Below are positions 55,929-64,000 of a stretch of 64,000 nt of DNA, piece by piece. Origin of the DNA: Escherichia coli (GTDB taxonomy: Bacteria > Pseudomonadota > Gammaproteobacteria > Enterobacterales > Enterobacteriaceae); the NCBI RefSeq assembly GCF_024700885.2, contig NZ_CP117016.1, one strand, 5' to 3'. Positions within the stretch are counted from its first letter, which is position 1, and every line of letters begins with the position of its first letter. The notes below the pieces were generated by a model, which did not search any database, was not told the DNA's origin, and saw nothing but the letters and a program-made list of their open reading frames with translations. A program made the position numbers and the translations under genes.

Positions 55929-57169
55929 AATTTATGAGGCCTACATACGGTTTTATTTACTTTAATGAATTGTTTAAGCATTCCCATGCCAACGAAAATT
56001 TCAGCTACAATAAGACTCACAATCGCACCCGTTGCTCCATAATATTTACATGCTGGATAAACTATGCTTAAACAAGTAATAGTTCCTAGGAAAATAGATT
56101 TGAAATACTGTTTTTGCATCCCATTAGGTACTAATACAAGTAACCCGACAACTGTATTAAAACCTATGAATATAGGAAGCAATGTCATTAATTGCATTGC
56201 ACCTGCAATTACTTCACCTTTCATGCCGAATATTAATAATGATAATTGGTTGGCAAAAAGTAAAAATGGTATTGCTAAAGCCATGTAAAAAACAAGCAAG
56301 TATTTAAGAATCATTCTAGATTTTAAGTTTGCAATATATGGATTCTCTCTTTGCAAAATGTTAATTCTTGGATAAAAAGCTTGGACTAATGGTGATGCAA
56401 GTCCAGCCAAACCTTGTTTGATCATGTTAGCTGAGTTAAAGATGCCTACATCAAACTTTCCAGATACGCCACCCAATACAAGAGGGGTCAACATTGTGTA
56501 TGCACTAGTCGCAAGTGTTGAACAAAAAAAATGAAATCCATTTTTTAAAATTACTTGAATTTTCTTTATCGGTGGCCTACATAAAAAAATCTCCTTGATA
56601 ATAAGTAAGTAGGCAACGCCACAGAATGAATACAAAATATATGGCATGCTCAATAATAAGGCACTGATGTACATCGGCGTTGCGGGTTTTATAATTAGAT
56701 AAACTGCAACGACTGCTATGCCTCGTGAAAATAGTGACAGCACAGCCATCACACTCATCATTTCCTTACCTTGCAAAAACCAATTTGGATTGAAAACACC
56801 TGCAATTACGGACAGAAAACCAACACATAACAAAGACTTAACGTCGTTAAAAACATAAAAAAAACAGAGTATTATGAGTATTATAGCTGCAATTAGCATT
56901 AATATAAAACGAGCAAGCACCACACCGCAAAAAAATTCAGAATGGTATTTTTTATCGTTATTTAGTGCTATTTCTCTTGTCCCACTATATCCAAAACCAT
57001 ATTCAACAACCATTAACAACACTTGTATAGTTATCAATGAAAAACTCAGATCACCAAAATTCGATACACCAATGACTCTAACAAGATAAGGAAAAATTAA
57101 TAATGGCAGTAGGTAATTGGCACCCTGACTTATTGCAAGGTAAAGAACATTTAGTTTAGTTTTGCTCAA
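55925..57169 (-). CDS. wzx: O-antigen flippase (Wzx)
   Basis: 414 aa, 12-TM polysaccharide exporter; first gene of the cluster. Confidence 0.75.
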   Translation of the reverse strand: MSKTKLNVLYLAISQGANYLLPLLIFPYLVRVIGVSNFGDLSFSLITIQVLLMVVEYGFGYSGTREIALNNDKKYHSEFFCGVVLARFILMLIAAIILIILCFFYVFNDVKSLLCVGFLSVIAGVFNPNWFLQGKEMMSVMAVLSLFSRGIAVVAVYLIIKPATPMYISALLLSMPYILYSFCGVAYLLIIKEIFLCRPPIKKIQVILKNGFHFFCSTLATSAYTMLTPLVLGGVSGKFDVGIFNSANMIKQGLAGLASPLVQAFYPRINILQRENPYIANLKSRMILKYLLVFYMALAIPFLLFANQLSLLIFGMKGEVIAGAMQLMTLLPIFIGFNTVVGLLVLVPNGMQKQYFKSIFLGTITCLSIVYPACKYYGATGAIVSLIVAEIFVGMGMLKQFIKVNKTVCRPHKL

Positions 57170-57237
57170 TGAAGTGCCCCATATACAACAGATATCATTC
57201 GAGTAACTTATTCACATGAATCAATAAGTTGTTTATT

Positions 57238-58335
57238 CAGGGCAAGATTACGAAAGCCCGCTCCCCGCAAGAACTGACGCCAGATAGTTTCTGTCCATGG
57301 CTGCTTTTCGCATCTTACGTCTTAACCCTGCCTTGAATACCTTATCATTCGTCAAAATATTAATAGCAATGTGCCGTATCCCTGAAAATAAATCTGCTGC
57401 ATTTCCTCTTCTTATTTTGCAGTCGTCTTCATTCATTACCACGTCCAGACGCCAGTGCAGCTTATTCTCCACGTGCCAGTGGTTTCGGATTGCTGTGGCG
57501 AACTTCTCTGCGGTTAAATCAGCAGAACTGATATAATATCTGACCGTCATTTCTGGCTCTTTCTTTTGTTCTGCTATTATTGACCGAAAGGAGACTGCCA
57601 CGCATAATTTCTTCAGACCTTTCCATTCAAACGTGAAATCAAAAAGTTCATCAGGGACATCGCAAACAATATGAAGACGGATTTCGTCTCTGCCGTGACT
57701 CTTTTCACTCATTGCGTAACTGTCATGCTCTGGATTATTTAATTCTTTCAGTGGAAATTTTTCCTCAAAGGCTTTATTAAGCCGCCCCTGATTTCCTTTT
57801 ACAGCGAATAAATAATCACCGCCCTGTTTTTGTATCTTCTCTGCAATATCTTTCTGGCAACCCATCGCATCAGTTGTGATGATTTTTCCTTTAATATCCA
57901 GCATGTTAAGAAGTTCAGGGATAGCTGTAATTTCATTGGATTTCTCATCCGTCCTGATCTGTCCGATGACCAGACTGTGCATTGTTGAGAACGCACTAAT
58001 GACATGAATCGCTCCCTTGCGGCGACTCTTGTCATAAGAATGCCGGAGTGTTTTTCCATCAATTGCGATGAAGTCTTTATCATCTGAAGAATGGCAGTCA
58101 CGCATCCAGTTAATAAAGCACTCGTGAAATTTTGCAGGACTGATACAGGATACAACTCTGGCAATGGTATCGTGAACAGGAATACCATTTTCAAAATCAC
58201 CATATTGCTTCAAAAAATCGAGATGTGTTTCCCCAAAATCCTCTATATCTTCCCAGCCTTCTGCACCCGAAATAACGGCACAAATAGTCAACAGTAGAAT
58301 ATCCGACAATTTATGTTCCACTTTCCAGGCTTGTC
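57238..58335 (-). mobile_element. ISAs1-family (H-repeat-like) element, outer copy body, interrupted at 58335 by a nested copy
   Basis: Begins with CAGGGCAAGATTACG terminus; 1097-bp periodicity with the next copy; the missing 5' part reappears at 59626-59829. Confidence 0.75.
57248..58321 (-). pseudogene. ISAs1-family transposase lacking its first ~20 codons (split by nested IS)
   Basis: About 95% identical by eye to the intact downstream copy; N-terminal codons found at 59626-59685. Confidence 0.7.
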
Positions 58336-59625
58336 AGGGAAAGATTACGAAAGCCCGCACCCCGCAAGGACTGACGCCAGATAGTTTCTGTCCATGGCTG
58401 CTTTTCGCATCTTACGTCTTAACCCTGCCTTGAATACCTTATCATTCGTCAAAATATTAATAGCGATGTGCCGTATCCCTGAAAATAATTCTGCTGCATT
58501 TCCTCTTCTTATTTTGCAGTCGTCTTCATTCATTACCACGTCCAGACGCCAGTGCAGCTTATTCTCCACGTGCCAGTGATTTCGGATCGCTGTGGCGAAC
58601 TTTTCTGCGGTTAAATCAGCAGAACTGATATAATATCTGACCGTCATTTCTAGCTCTTTCTTTTGTTCTGCTATTATGGACCGAAAGGAGACTGCCACGC
58701 ATAATTTCTTCAGTCCTTTCCATTCAAACGTGAAACCAATAAGTTCATCAGGGACATCGCAAACAATATGAAGACGGATTTCTTCTCTGCCGTGATTTTT
58801 TTCACTAATTGCGTAACTGTCATGCTCTGGATTATTTAATTCTTTCAGTGGAAATTTTTCCTCAAAGGCTTTATTAAGCCGCCCCTGATTTCCTTTTACA
58901 GTGAATAAATAATCACCGCCCTGTTTTTGTATCTTCTCTGCAATATCTTTCTGGCAACCCATCGCATCAGTTGTGATGATTTTTCCTTTAATATCCAGCA
59001 TGTTAAGAAGTTCAGGGATAGCTGTAATGTCATTGGATTTCTCATCCGTCCTGATCTGTCCGTTGACCAGACTGTGCATTGTTGAGAACGCACTAATGAC
59101 ATGAATCGCTCCCCTGCGGCGACTCTTGTCATAAGAATGCCGGAGTGTTTTTCCATCAATTGCGATGACGTCTTTATCATCTGAAGTATGGCAATCTCGC
59201 ATCCAGTTAATAAAGCACTCGTGAAATTTTGCAGGACTGATACAGGATACAACTCTGGCGATGGTATCGTGAACAGGAATACCATTTTCAATATCACCGT
59301 ATTGTTTTAAAAAATCGAGATGTGTTTCCCCAAAATCCTCTATATCTTCCCAACCTTCTGCACCAGAAATAACGGCACAAATAGTCAACAGTAGAATATC
59401 CGATAATTTATGTTCCACTTTCCAGGCTTGTCTGTAATCGGGGATAATAGAAATATGTTCCATCAATTTTTTAAGTTCCATTTTGTTCTCCTTAATTATG
59501 TAAGGAGTATTTGATCATGTATAAGCAATAAAAAACAGCTTTATGTAATGAGGAATATCTCAATTTTTAAACATAAAATGCGAATTGTTTAGTACAAAAA
59601 AGCAGCATTACGTGATCTTTCCCTG
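58336..59625 (-). mobile_element. ISAs1-family element, complete nested copy (1290 bp)
   Basis: Terminal inverted repeats CAGGGAAAGA / TCTTTCCCTG; flanked by the direct repeat CCAGGCTTGT. Confidence 0.8.
58345..59481 (-). CDS. ISAs1-family transposase (H-repeat-associated protein), intact
   Basis: 378 aa, [26 protein letters not shown]... Confidence 0.85.
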   Translation of the reverse strand: MELKKLMEHISIIPDYRQAWKVEHKLSDILLLTICAVISGAEGWEDIEDFGETHLDFLKQYGDIENGIPVHDTIARVVSCISPAKFHECFINWMRDCHTSDDKDVIAIDGKTLRHSYDKSRRRGAIHVISAFSTMHSLVNGQIRTDEKSNDITAIPELLNMLDIKGKIITTDAMGCQKDIAEKIQKQGGDYLFTVKGNQGRLNKAFEEKFPLKELNNPEHDSYAISEKNHGREEIRLHIVCDVPDELIGFTFEWKGLKKLCVAVSFRSIIAEQKKELEMTVRYYISSADLTAEKFATAIRNHWHVENKLHWRLDVVMNEDDCKIRRGNAAELFSGIRHIAINILTNDKVFKAGLRRKMRKAAMDRNYLASVLAGCGLS

Positions 59626-59829
59626 CCAGGCTTGTCTGTAATCGGGAATAACAGAAATATGTTCCATCAATTTTTTAAGTTCCATTTTGTTCTCCTTATT
59701 TAAGCAAGGAGTATTTGATCATATATAAGCTGTGAAAAACAGTTTTAGGTAATGAGGGATATCTCAATTTTTGAACATAAAATGCGAATTATTTAGTACA
59801 AAAAGTGTACTTCTGATAATCTTTCCCTG
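59626..59829 (-). mobile_element. 5' end of the outer ISAs1-family copy (first ~20 codons, leader, terminal IR)
   Basis: Starts with the 10-bp duplication CCAGGCTTGT and ends with IR TCTTTCCCTG at 59820-59829. Confidence 0.75.
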
Positions 59830-59837
59830 CCCCTAGA

Positions 59838-59876
59838 CACGCTACCGCCCCTGGCTTTACAGCTACCAGAGCACTG
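59838..59876 (-). promoter_or_regulatory. JUMPstart element with ops (GGCGGTAGCGTG) for RfaH-dependent antitermination
   Basis: Reverse complement reads CAGTGCTCTGGTAGCTGTAAAGCCAGGGGCGGTAGCGTG. Confidence 0.85.
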
Positions 59877-60134
59877 CATGCATGCCTACGATGTAGCGAG
59901 CGTTACCCACTCGCGCTAAACCCGAAAAATTCAAACGCTAATTGTCTTACCAATCCGCTCTGGAAACAAGGAAAATCCTGGAAAACTTTGACTAAAATCC
60001 TATTGCTAACTCGTTGTTATTCTGATTGTTTATATAAAACAACGGCAGGAAAATTCGCAGCAAATTACTTTCGCCACGAATCTTCACTGCCGTTATAATT
60101 TTCTTATCAACCGTTACATTCGGTCAGATTTTCA

Positions 60135-61028
60135 TTATTCGCTTAACAGCTTCTCAATCCCTTTACGGAACTTCGCCCCTTCTTTCAGGTTGCGTAGTCC
60201 ATACTTCACAAATGCCTGCATATACCCCATTTTTTTACCGCAGTCGTAGCTGTCACCTGTCATCAGCATGGCATCAACGGACTGTTTTTTCGCCAGTTCA
60301 GCGATGGCATCAGTCAGCTGAATACGCCCCCATGCACCAGGCTGAGTGCGTTCAAGTTCCGGCCAAATATCTGCAGAAAGCACATAGCGACCAACGGCCA
60401 TGATGTCTGAGTCCAGCGTCTGCGGCTGATCCGGTTTTTCGATGAATTCAACAATGCGGCTGACTTTACCTTCACGGTCCAGTGGTTCTTTGGTCTGGAT
60501 GACCGAGTATTCAGAGAGGTCACCCGGCATACGTTTTGCCAGCACCTGGCTACGGCCCGTTTCATTGAAACGCGCAATCATGGCAGCAAGGTTGTAGCGC
60601 AGCGGGTCGGCACTGGCGTCGTCGATCACAACGTCCGGCAGTACCACGACAAATGGATTGTCACCAATGGCGGGTCGTGCACACAAAATGGAGTGGCCTA
60701 AACCTAAAGGTTCGCCCTGACGCACGTTCATAATGGTCACGCCCGGCGGACAGATGGACTGCACTTCCGCCAGTAGTTGACGCTTCACGCGCTGTTCAAG
60801 GAGAGATTCTAATTCATAAGAGGTGTCGAAGTGGTTTTCGACCGCGTTCTTGGACGCGTGAGTTACCAGGAGGATTTCTTTGATCCCTGCAGCCACAATC
60901 TCGTCAACGATGTACTGAATCATTGGCTTGTCGACGATCGGTAGCATCTCTTTGGGAATCGCCTTAGTGGCAGGCAACATATGCATCCCAAGACCCGCTA
61001 CAGGAATAACTGCTTTTAAATTCGTCAT
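60135..61028 (-). CDS. galF: UTP-glucose-1-phosphate uridylyltransferase regulatory subunit GalF
   Basis: [32 protein letters not shown]; start trimmed. Confidence 0.85.
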   Translation of the reverse strand: MTNLKAVIPVAGLGMHMLPATKAIPKEMLPIVDKPMIQYIVDEIVAAGIKEILLVTHASKNAVENHFDTSYELESLLEQRVKRQLLAEVQSICPPGVTIMNVRQGEPLGLGHSILCARPAIGDNPFVVVLPDVVIDDASADPLRYNLAAMIARFNETGRSQVLAKRMPGDLSEYSVIQTKEPLDREGKVSRIVEFIEKPDQPQTLDSDIMAVGRYVLSADIWPELERTQPGAWGRIQLTDAIAELAKKQSVDAMLMTGDSYDCGKKMGYMQAFVKYGLRNLKEGAKFRKGIEKLLSE

Positions 61029-61202
61029 TATTTCATCCACCTGTAAAATGGTTGCTGAATTATAGCTTGTTCGATTTTTTTCGCCAGCATCAATTACCCT
61101 GAATTGATTACTGAATTACTTGTGATGTTACGCCGCTTCGTTGTGGATTGCAGTAGCATTGTTCCTAAGTATGGCTCCATTTTTCCAGGAATGGTCGCAA
61201 AT

Positions 61203-62597
61203 CTACTCCCTCCGTTCTGGCAATCTAAAGTTAATCTTCTCCACATTAACAATATGGTGATTAATCCTGTCGATATCGACGGAGATTTGTCCTTTTTCAT
61301 TCACCGCATGAACATTTGCAAGAGACAGCAGTGTTTCTTTTTTCGCCATAAACACGCCGCGAACGTCTTTGCGCATGTCAAAGTTCATGCTCAATGCGGG
61401 TCCAACTGAGGATTCCTGCATCACATTGATATTTCGCATAAAAAGATGTTGCGGTTTGTTGTGTAACTCCAGCGACGCACGCTTCATCTCAATGTTAGTC
61501 AGCGCCACAAAGGAGACAGCATTCCCGGCGGAGATTTGGATGCCGCGCAATTTATAAGCAAGATGAGTATTATCCAGTTGAATATCATTCACTCGGAAAT
61601 TCTGCGGTATCGAGAGATATTTGCCTTTAATTACCCCATAGCCGATTAACATCCCGGCACTATTAATCATTTCAATATTATCAATCACAAAGTTGTCACA
61701 ACCATAAATAGCAACTGTGGCGTTATCAATACCTGCTTTCTTACTGAAATCCGGCGTGATATTACGAGCTTTGATATTACGGATAACAAAATGTTTACCA
61801 TTTTCAACATGGATCAGTTGCCGACAATCTGATCCCGTGATATTCGCAACGACAAAGTTTTTCACTGCCTGGTTTTCCGGATAATTATTATCGTAAGTAC
61901 TTCCTGCCAGTCCTATGCCAATACCCCAGTTGATTTTGCCGTTAGTACAGTTGATGCGCTCGATGACATGGTCGGATATCAAAATGTCGCGATCATTGAT
62001 TGCTACATTCCATTCAATGGCGTCGCCCTGTAAGTCGCTGAACTTACAATTGGTGATGTTGGCACCGATAATCTGGTTATGAAATCCCTGGCGTAAAATG
62101 GCGTAATTAGCGTGGCTGACGGTCAGGTTATCGATGGTCAAGTTGCGCATGACGCGTTTATTTTTGCCGCCGATATAAATCTGCGTTACCGGGCCAAAAC
62201 CGCTCATCGCCAACCCTTTGATGATGCAGTCAGAACCGCGCACATCCAGGGTGATGTTATGCATACGGCCGCCCTTCTCCCCTGTCACCTGGCTGCCGTC
62301 TTGTAAGACAAAACGCCCTCTGCCGTTGCCGCGCAGGCTTCCAAGGATGTGCAACGTTTTGCCAGGAGGAATGAAGATGCCGGTGTTGATATTTTCACAA
62401 ACGAATCCGGCAGGCACGACGACCGTTTGCCCTTCGCTGAAGGCTTGTTTAAATGAGGCGATCCAGTCGTGTGGGTTGTAGTCGTTAATGTTAACGATTT
62501 GTCGGGCGGGAAGTGCACGGGCGAAAGGGGTATGGAGGAAGGCAAGCGCCGAGCTTGCCGTCAGGAAGGTGCGTCGGGAGAGTTTTTTAAATGGCAT
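61203..62597 (-). CDS. wcaM: colanic acid biosynthesis protein WcaM
   Basis: 464 aa, recognised N-terminus [20 protein letters not shown]. Confidence 0.85.
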   Translation of the reverse strand: MPFKKLSRRTFLTASSALAFLHTPFARALPARQIVNINDYNPHDWIASFKQAFSEGQTVVVPAGFVCENINTGIFIPPGKTLHILGSLRGNGRGRFVLQDGSQVTGEKGGRMHNITLDVRGSDCIIKGLAMSGFGPVTQIYIGGKNKRVMRNLTIDNLTVSHANYAILRQGFHNQIIGANITNCKFSDLQGDAIEWNVAINDRDILISDHVIERINCTNGKINWGIGIGLAGSTYDNNYPENQAVKNFVVANITGSDCRQLIHVENGKHFVIRNIKARNITPDFSKKAGIDNATVAIYGCDNFVIDNIEMINSAGMLIGYGVIKGKYLSIPQNFRVNDIQLDNTHLAYKLRGIQISAGNAVSFVALTNIEMKRASLELHNKPQHLFMRNINVMQESSVGPALSMNFDMRKDVRGVFMAKKETLLSLANVHAVNEKGQISVDIDRINHHIVNVEKINFRLPERRE

Positions 62598-62607
62598 ACG
62601 TTCTCCT

Positions 62608-63828
62608 CTATAAAGCCTGCAGCAAGCTGGCGAGTTCTCGATTGATCACCTGCTGGTTAAAATCGTGTTCGACTTTTTCGCGCGCACGTTTGACAACCGT
62701 AGTAAGTTCGTCGGTGTCCAGTTGGCTAAACGCCGCCAGTCGTTGCGCCAGTGCACAGGCATCGTTCTCAGGCACCAGCCAACCGGATTTATCGGCCTCC
62801 ACCAGTTCCGGTATTCCGCTGTGCAGAGTAGAAACAACCGGAATGCCAACCGCCATCGCTTCCATTAGCGCCACCGGAATACCTTCCATATCGCCATCCG
62901 CACCTGTAACCGATGGCAACAGGAAGACATCCGCGTCATCGAGCATCGCTTTCACTTCATGGCTCGGTTTAAAGCCCGGCATCTCTATCACATCTTCCAG
63001 TTGATATTGTTCGATGAGGGTGCGCAGGCGTCGTTCCCACGGGCCAATGCCGAGGATGCGATAGCGAAATGCCACGCCCTGCTCTTTCAACTGGCGGCAG
63101 GCTTCAATCGCCACATGCAGGCCTTTTTTCTCGGTTAAGCGTGCGACGGAGATGATTTCCAGCGGCGTTGCGGGCGCTTTCACCGGACGCGGGCTAAAAC
63201 GCGTCATGTCCACGCCCATGCGCGATACGGCGATTTTTTCCCTCGGGCAGCCCATTTTTTGCAGCCTTCCGGCCCACAGATTGCTTATTGGTAACATCAG
63301 GTCGCCACGGCGAAACAGTTGTTGATATTCGGGAGTGTAGTGGTTGAGCACTTCCCGACTGGAGATATCAATACCGTGGAAGATAGTGGCAATTTTGCCG
63401 CGAATGACACCCAGTTCGCGTAGTTTTGCCGCGGTTACCCCAGCAGGGCCAAAATGAGCGATAAACACATCGGCATGAAACGGTGTTGCGACCTGGCCGC
63501 AAATGGCAGACAAAATCAGGTTCCGCGACTCAGCACCATAGCGTTTGAGGTTAAGCGCCTGCCAGGTATTTTTACGATGAATACCGCGCAACGTCTGGCT
63601 GGCGCGGTGGCGCAGTTTCGCCACTTTGCCTTGTGGCTCGTCCTGTAACCAGCGGGTTCTGGCGGCAAGGTTATATTTTGTCCATGCCGCGTGGGTGTTT
63701 TGTGTGTCGCCTTTTTGCAGCGCGACAATCTCCACCTCAAAGCCCATATCAATAAACGCGGTAATTTGATTGAGGACGAAGGTTTCCGACGACAGTGGAA
63801 ATTTCAGTAAAAAGAAGCCGACCTTCAT
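62608..63828 (-). CDS. wcaL: colanic acid glycosyltransferase WcaL
   Basis: 406 aa GT4-family, position upstream of wcaM. Confidence 0.85.
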   Translation of the reverse strand: MKVGFFLLKFPLSSETFVLNQITAFIDMGFEVEIVALQKGDTQNTHAAWTKYNLAARTRWLQDEPQGKVAKLRHRASQTLRGIHRKNTWQALNLKRYGAESRNLILSAICGQVATPFHADVFIAHFGPAGVTAAKLRELGVIRGKIATIFHGIDISSREVLNHYTPEYQQLFRRGDLMLPISNLWAGRLQKMGCPREKIAVSRMGVDMTRFSPRPVKAPATPLEIISVARLTEKKGLHVAIEACRQLKEQGVAFRYRILGIGPWERRLRTLIEQYQLEDVIEMPGFKPSHEVKAMLDDADVFLLPSVTGADGDMEGIPVALMEAMAVGIPVVSTLHSGIPELVEADKSGWLVPENDACALAQRLAAFSQLDTDELTTVVKRAREKVEHDFNQQVINRELASLLQAL

Positions 63829-64000
63829 TTCGCCTCCCCGATGCGTTCAAGCACAGATTTCACCATCTGCATTCCCGTCTGACGTTCGCGACTGACGGCT
63901 TCGTTAAGTCGCGTGTTCAGTGCCGGAAGCTGGCCTAAGGTATCCGCAACCATCGCTTGCAGGCTGCCGTCTAATAAATGACGGATATCAATTGCCATCT
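63825..64000 (-). CDS. wcaK: colanic acid biosynthesis protein WcaK, 3' end only (truncated by window edge)
   Basis: In-frame C-terminus ...LERIGEAK with TGA overlapping the wcaL ATG. Confidence 0.65.
   Translation of the reverse strand, partial: MAIDIRHLLDGSLQAMVADTLGQLPALNTRLNEAVSRERQTGMQMVKSVLERIGEAK

Noticed and set aside
57238-59829. Tandem 1.1-kb and 0.2-kb direct repeats as a possible CRISPR-like or satellite array
   Set aside because: The repeat units encode an ISAs1-family transposase and carry terminal inverted repeats, so they are nested IS copies, not CRISPR repeats.

Overview
This window reads as an Escherichia coli-type chromosomal segment; all identifications come from reading the supplied ORF translations and sequence, with no database search run. 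The left 25 kb is the right-hand part of a Mu-like transposable prophage that continues beyond the window start. Its late genes lie on the minus strand (0.4-13.4 kb: holin-like protein, SLT endolysin, i-spanin with embedded o-spanin, terminase, portal, head and tail genes). The c/ner immunity switch sits at about 16.3 kb, and the early genes run on the plus strand to 25.0 kb (DDE transposase, MuB-like ATPase, Gam, Mor). Between the late promoter and the repressor is a 2.4-kb cargo module: a P-loop kinase-like protein, a convergent 134-aa ORF, a 71-aa ORF and an orphan Dam-type methylase. This is my best candidate for an undescribed system, but its function is not established. The prophage right end (about 25174, three short repeats, terminal TCA) appears to fall inside a cbtA-like toxin gene of a CP4-44-like island remnant. 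The rest is conserved host backbone: yeeX, yeeA, sbmC, dacD, sbcB, yeeD, yeeE, plaP, yeeY, yeeZ, the yoeB/yefM toxin-antitoxin pair, hisLGDCBHAFI, wzzB, ugd and gnd. After gnd comes an AT-rich Wzx/Wzy-type O-antigen cluster with L-FucNAc genes (fnlABC, wbuBC). Two nested ISAs1-family elements sit 8 bp downstream of the JUMPstart/ops element, followed by galF, wcaM, wcaL and the 3' end of wcaK. No rRNA, tRNA or CRISPR array was seen.
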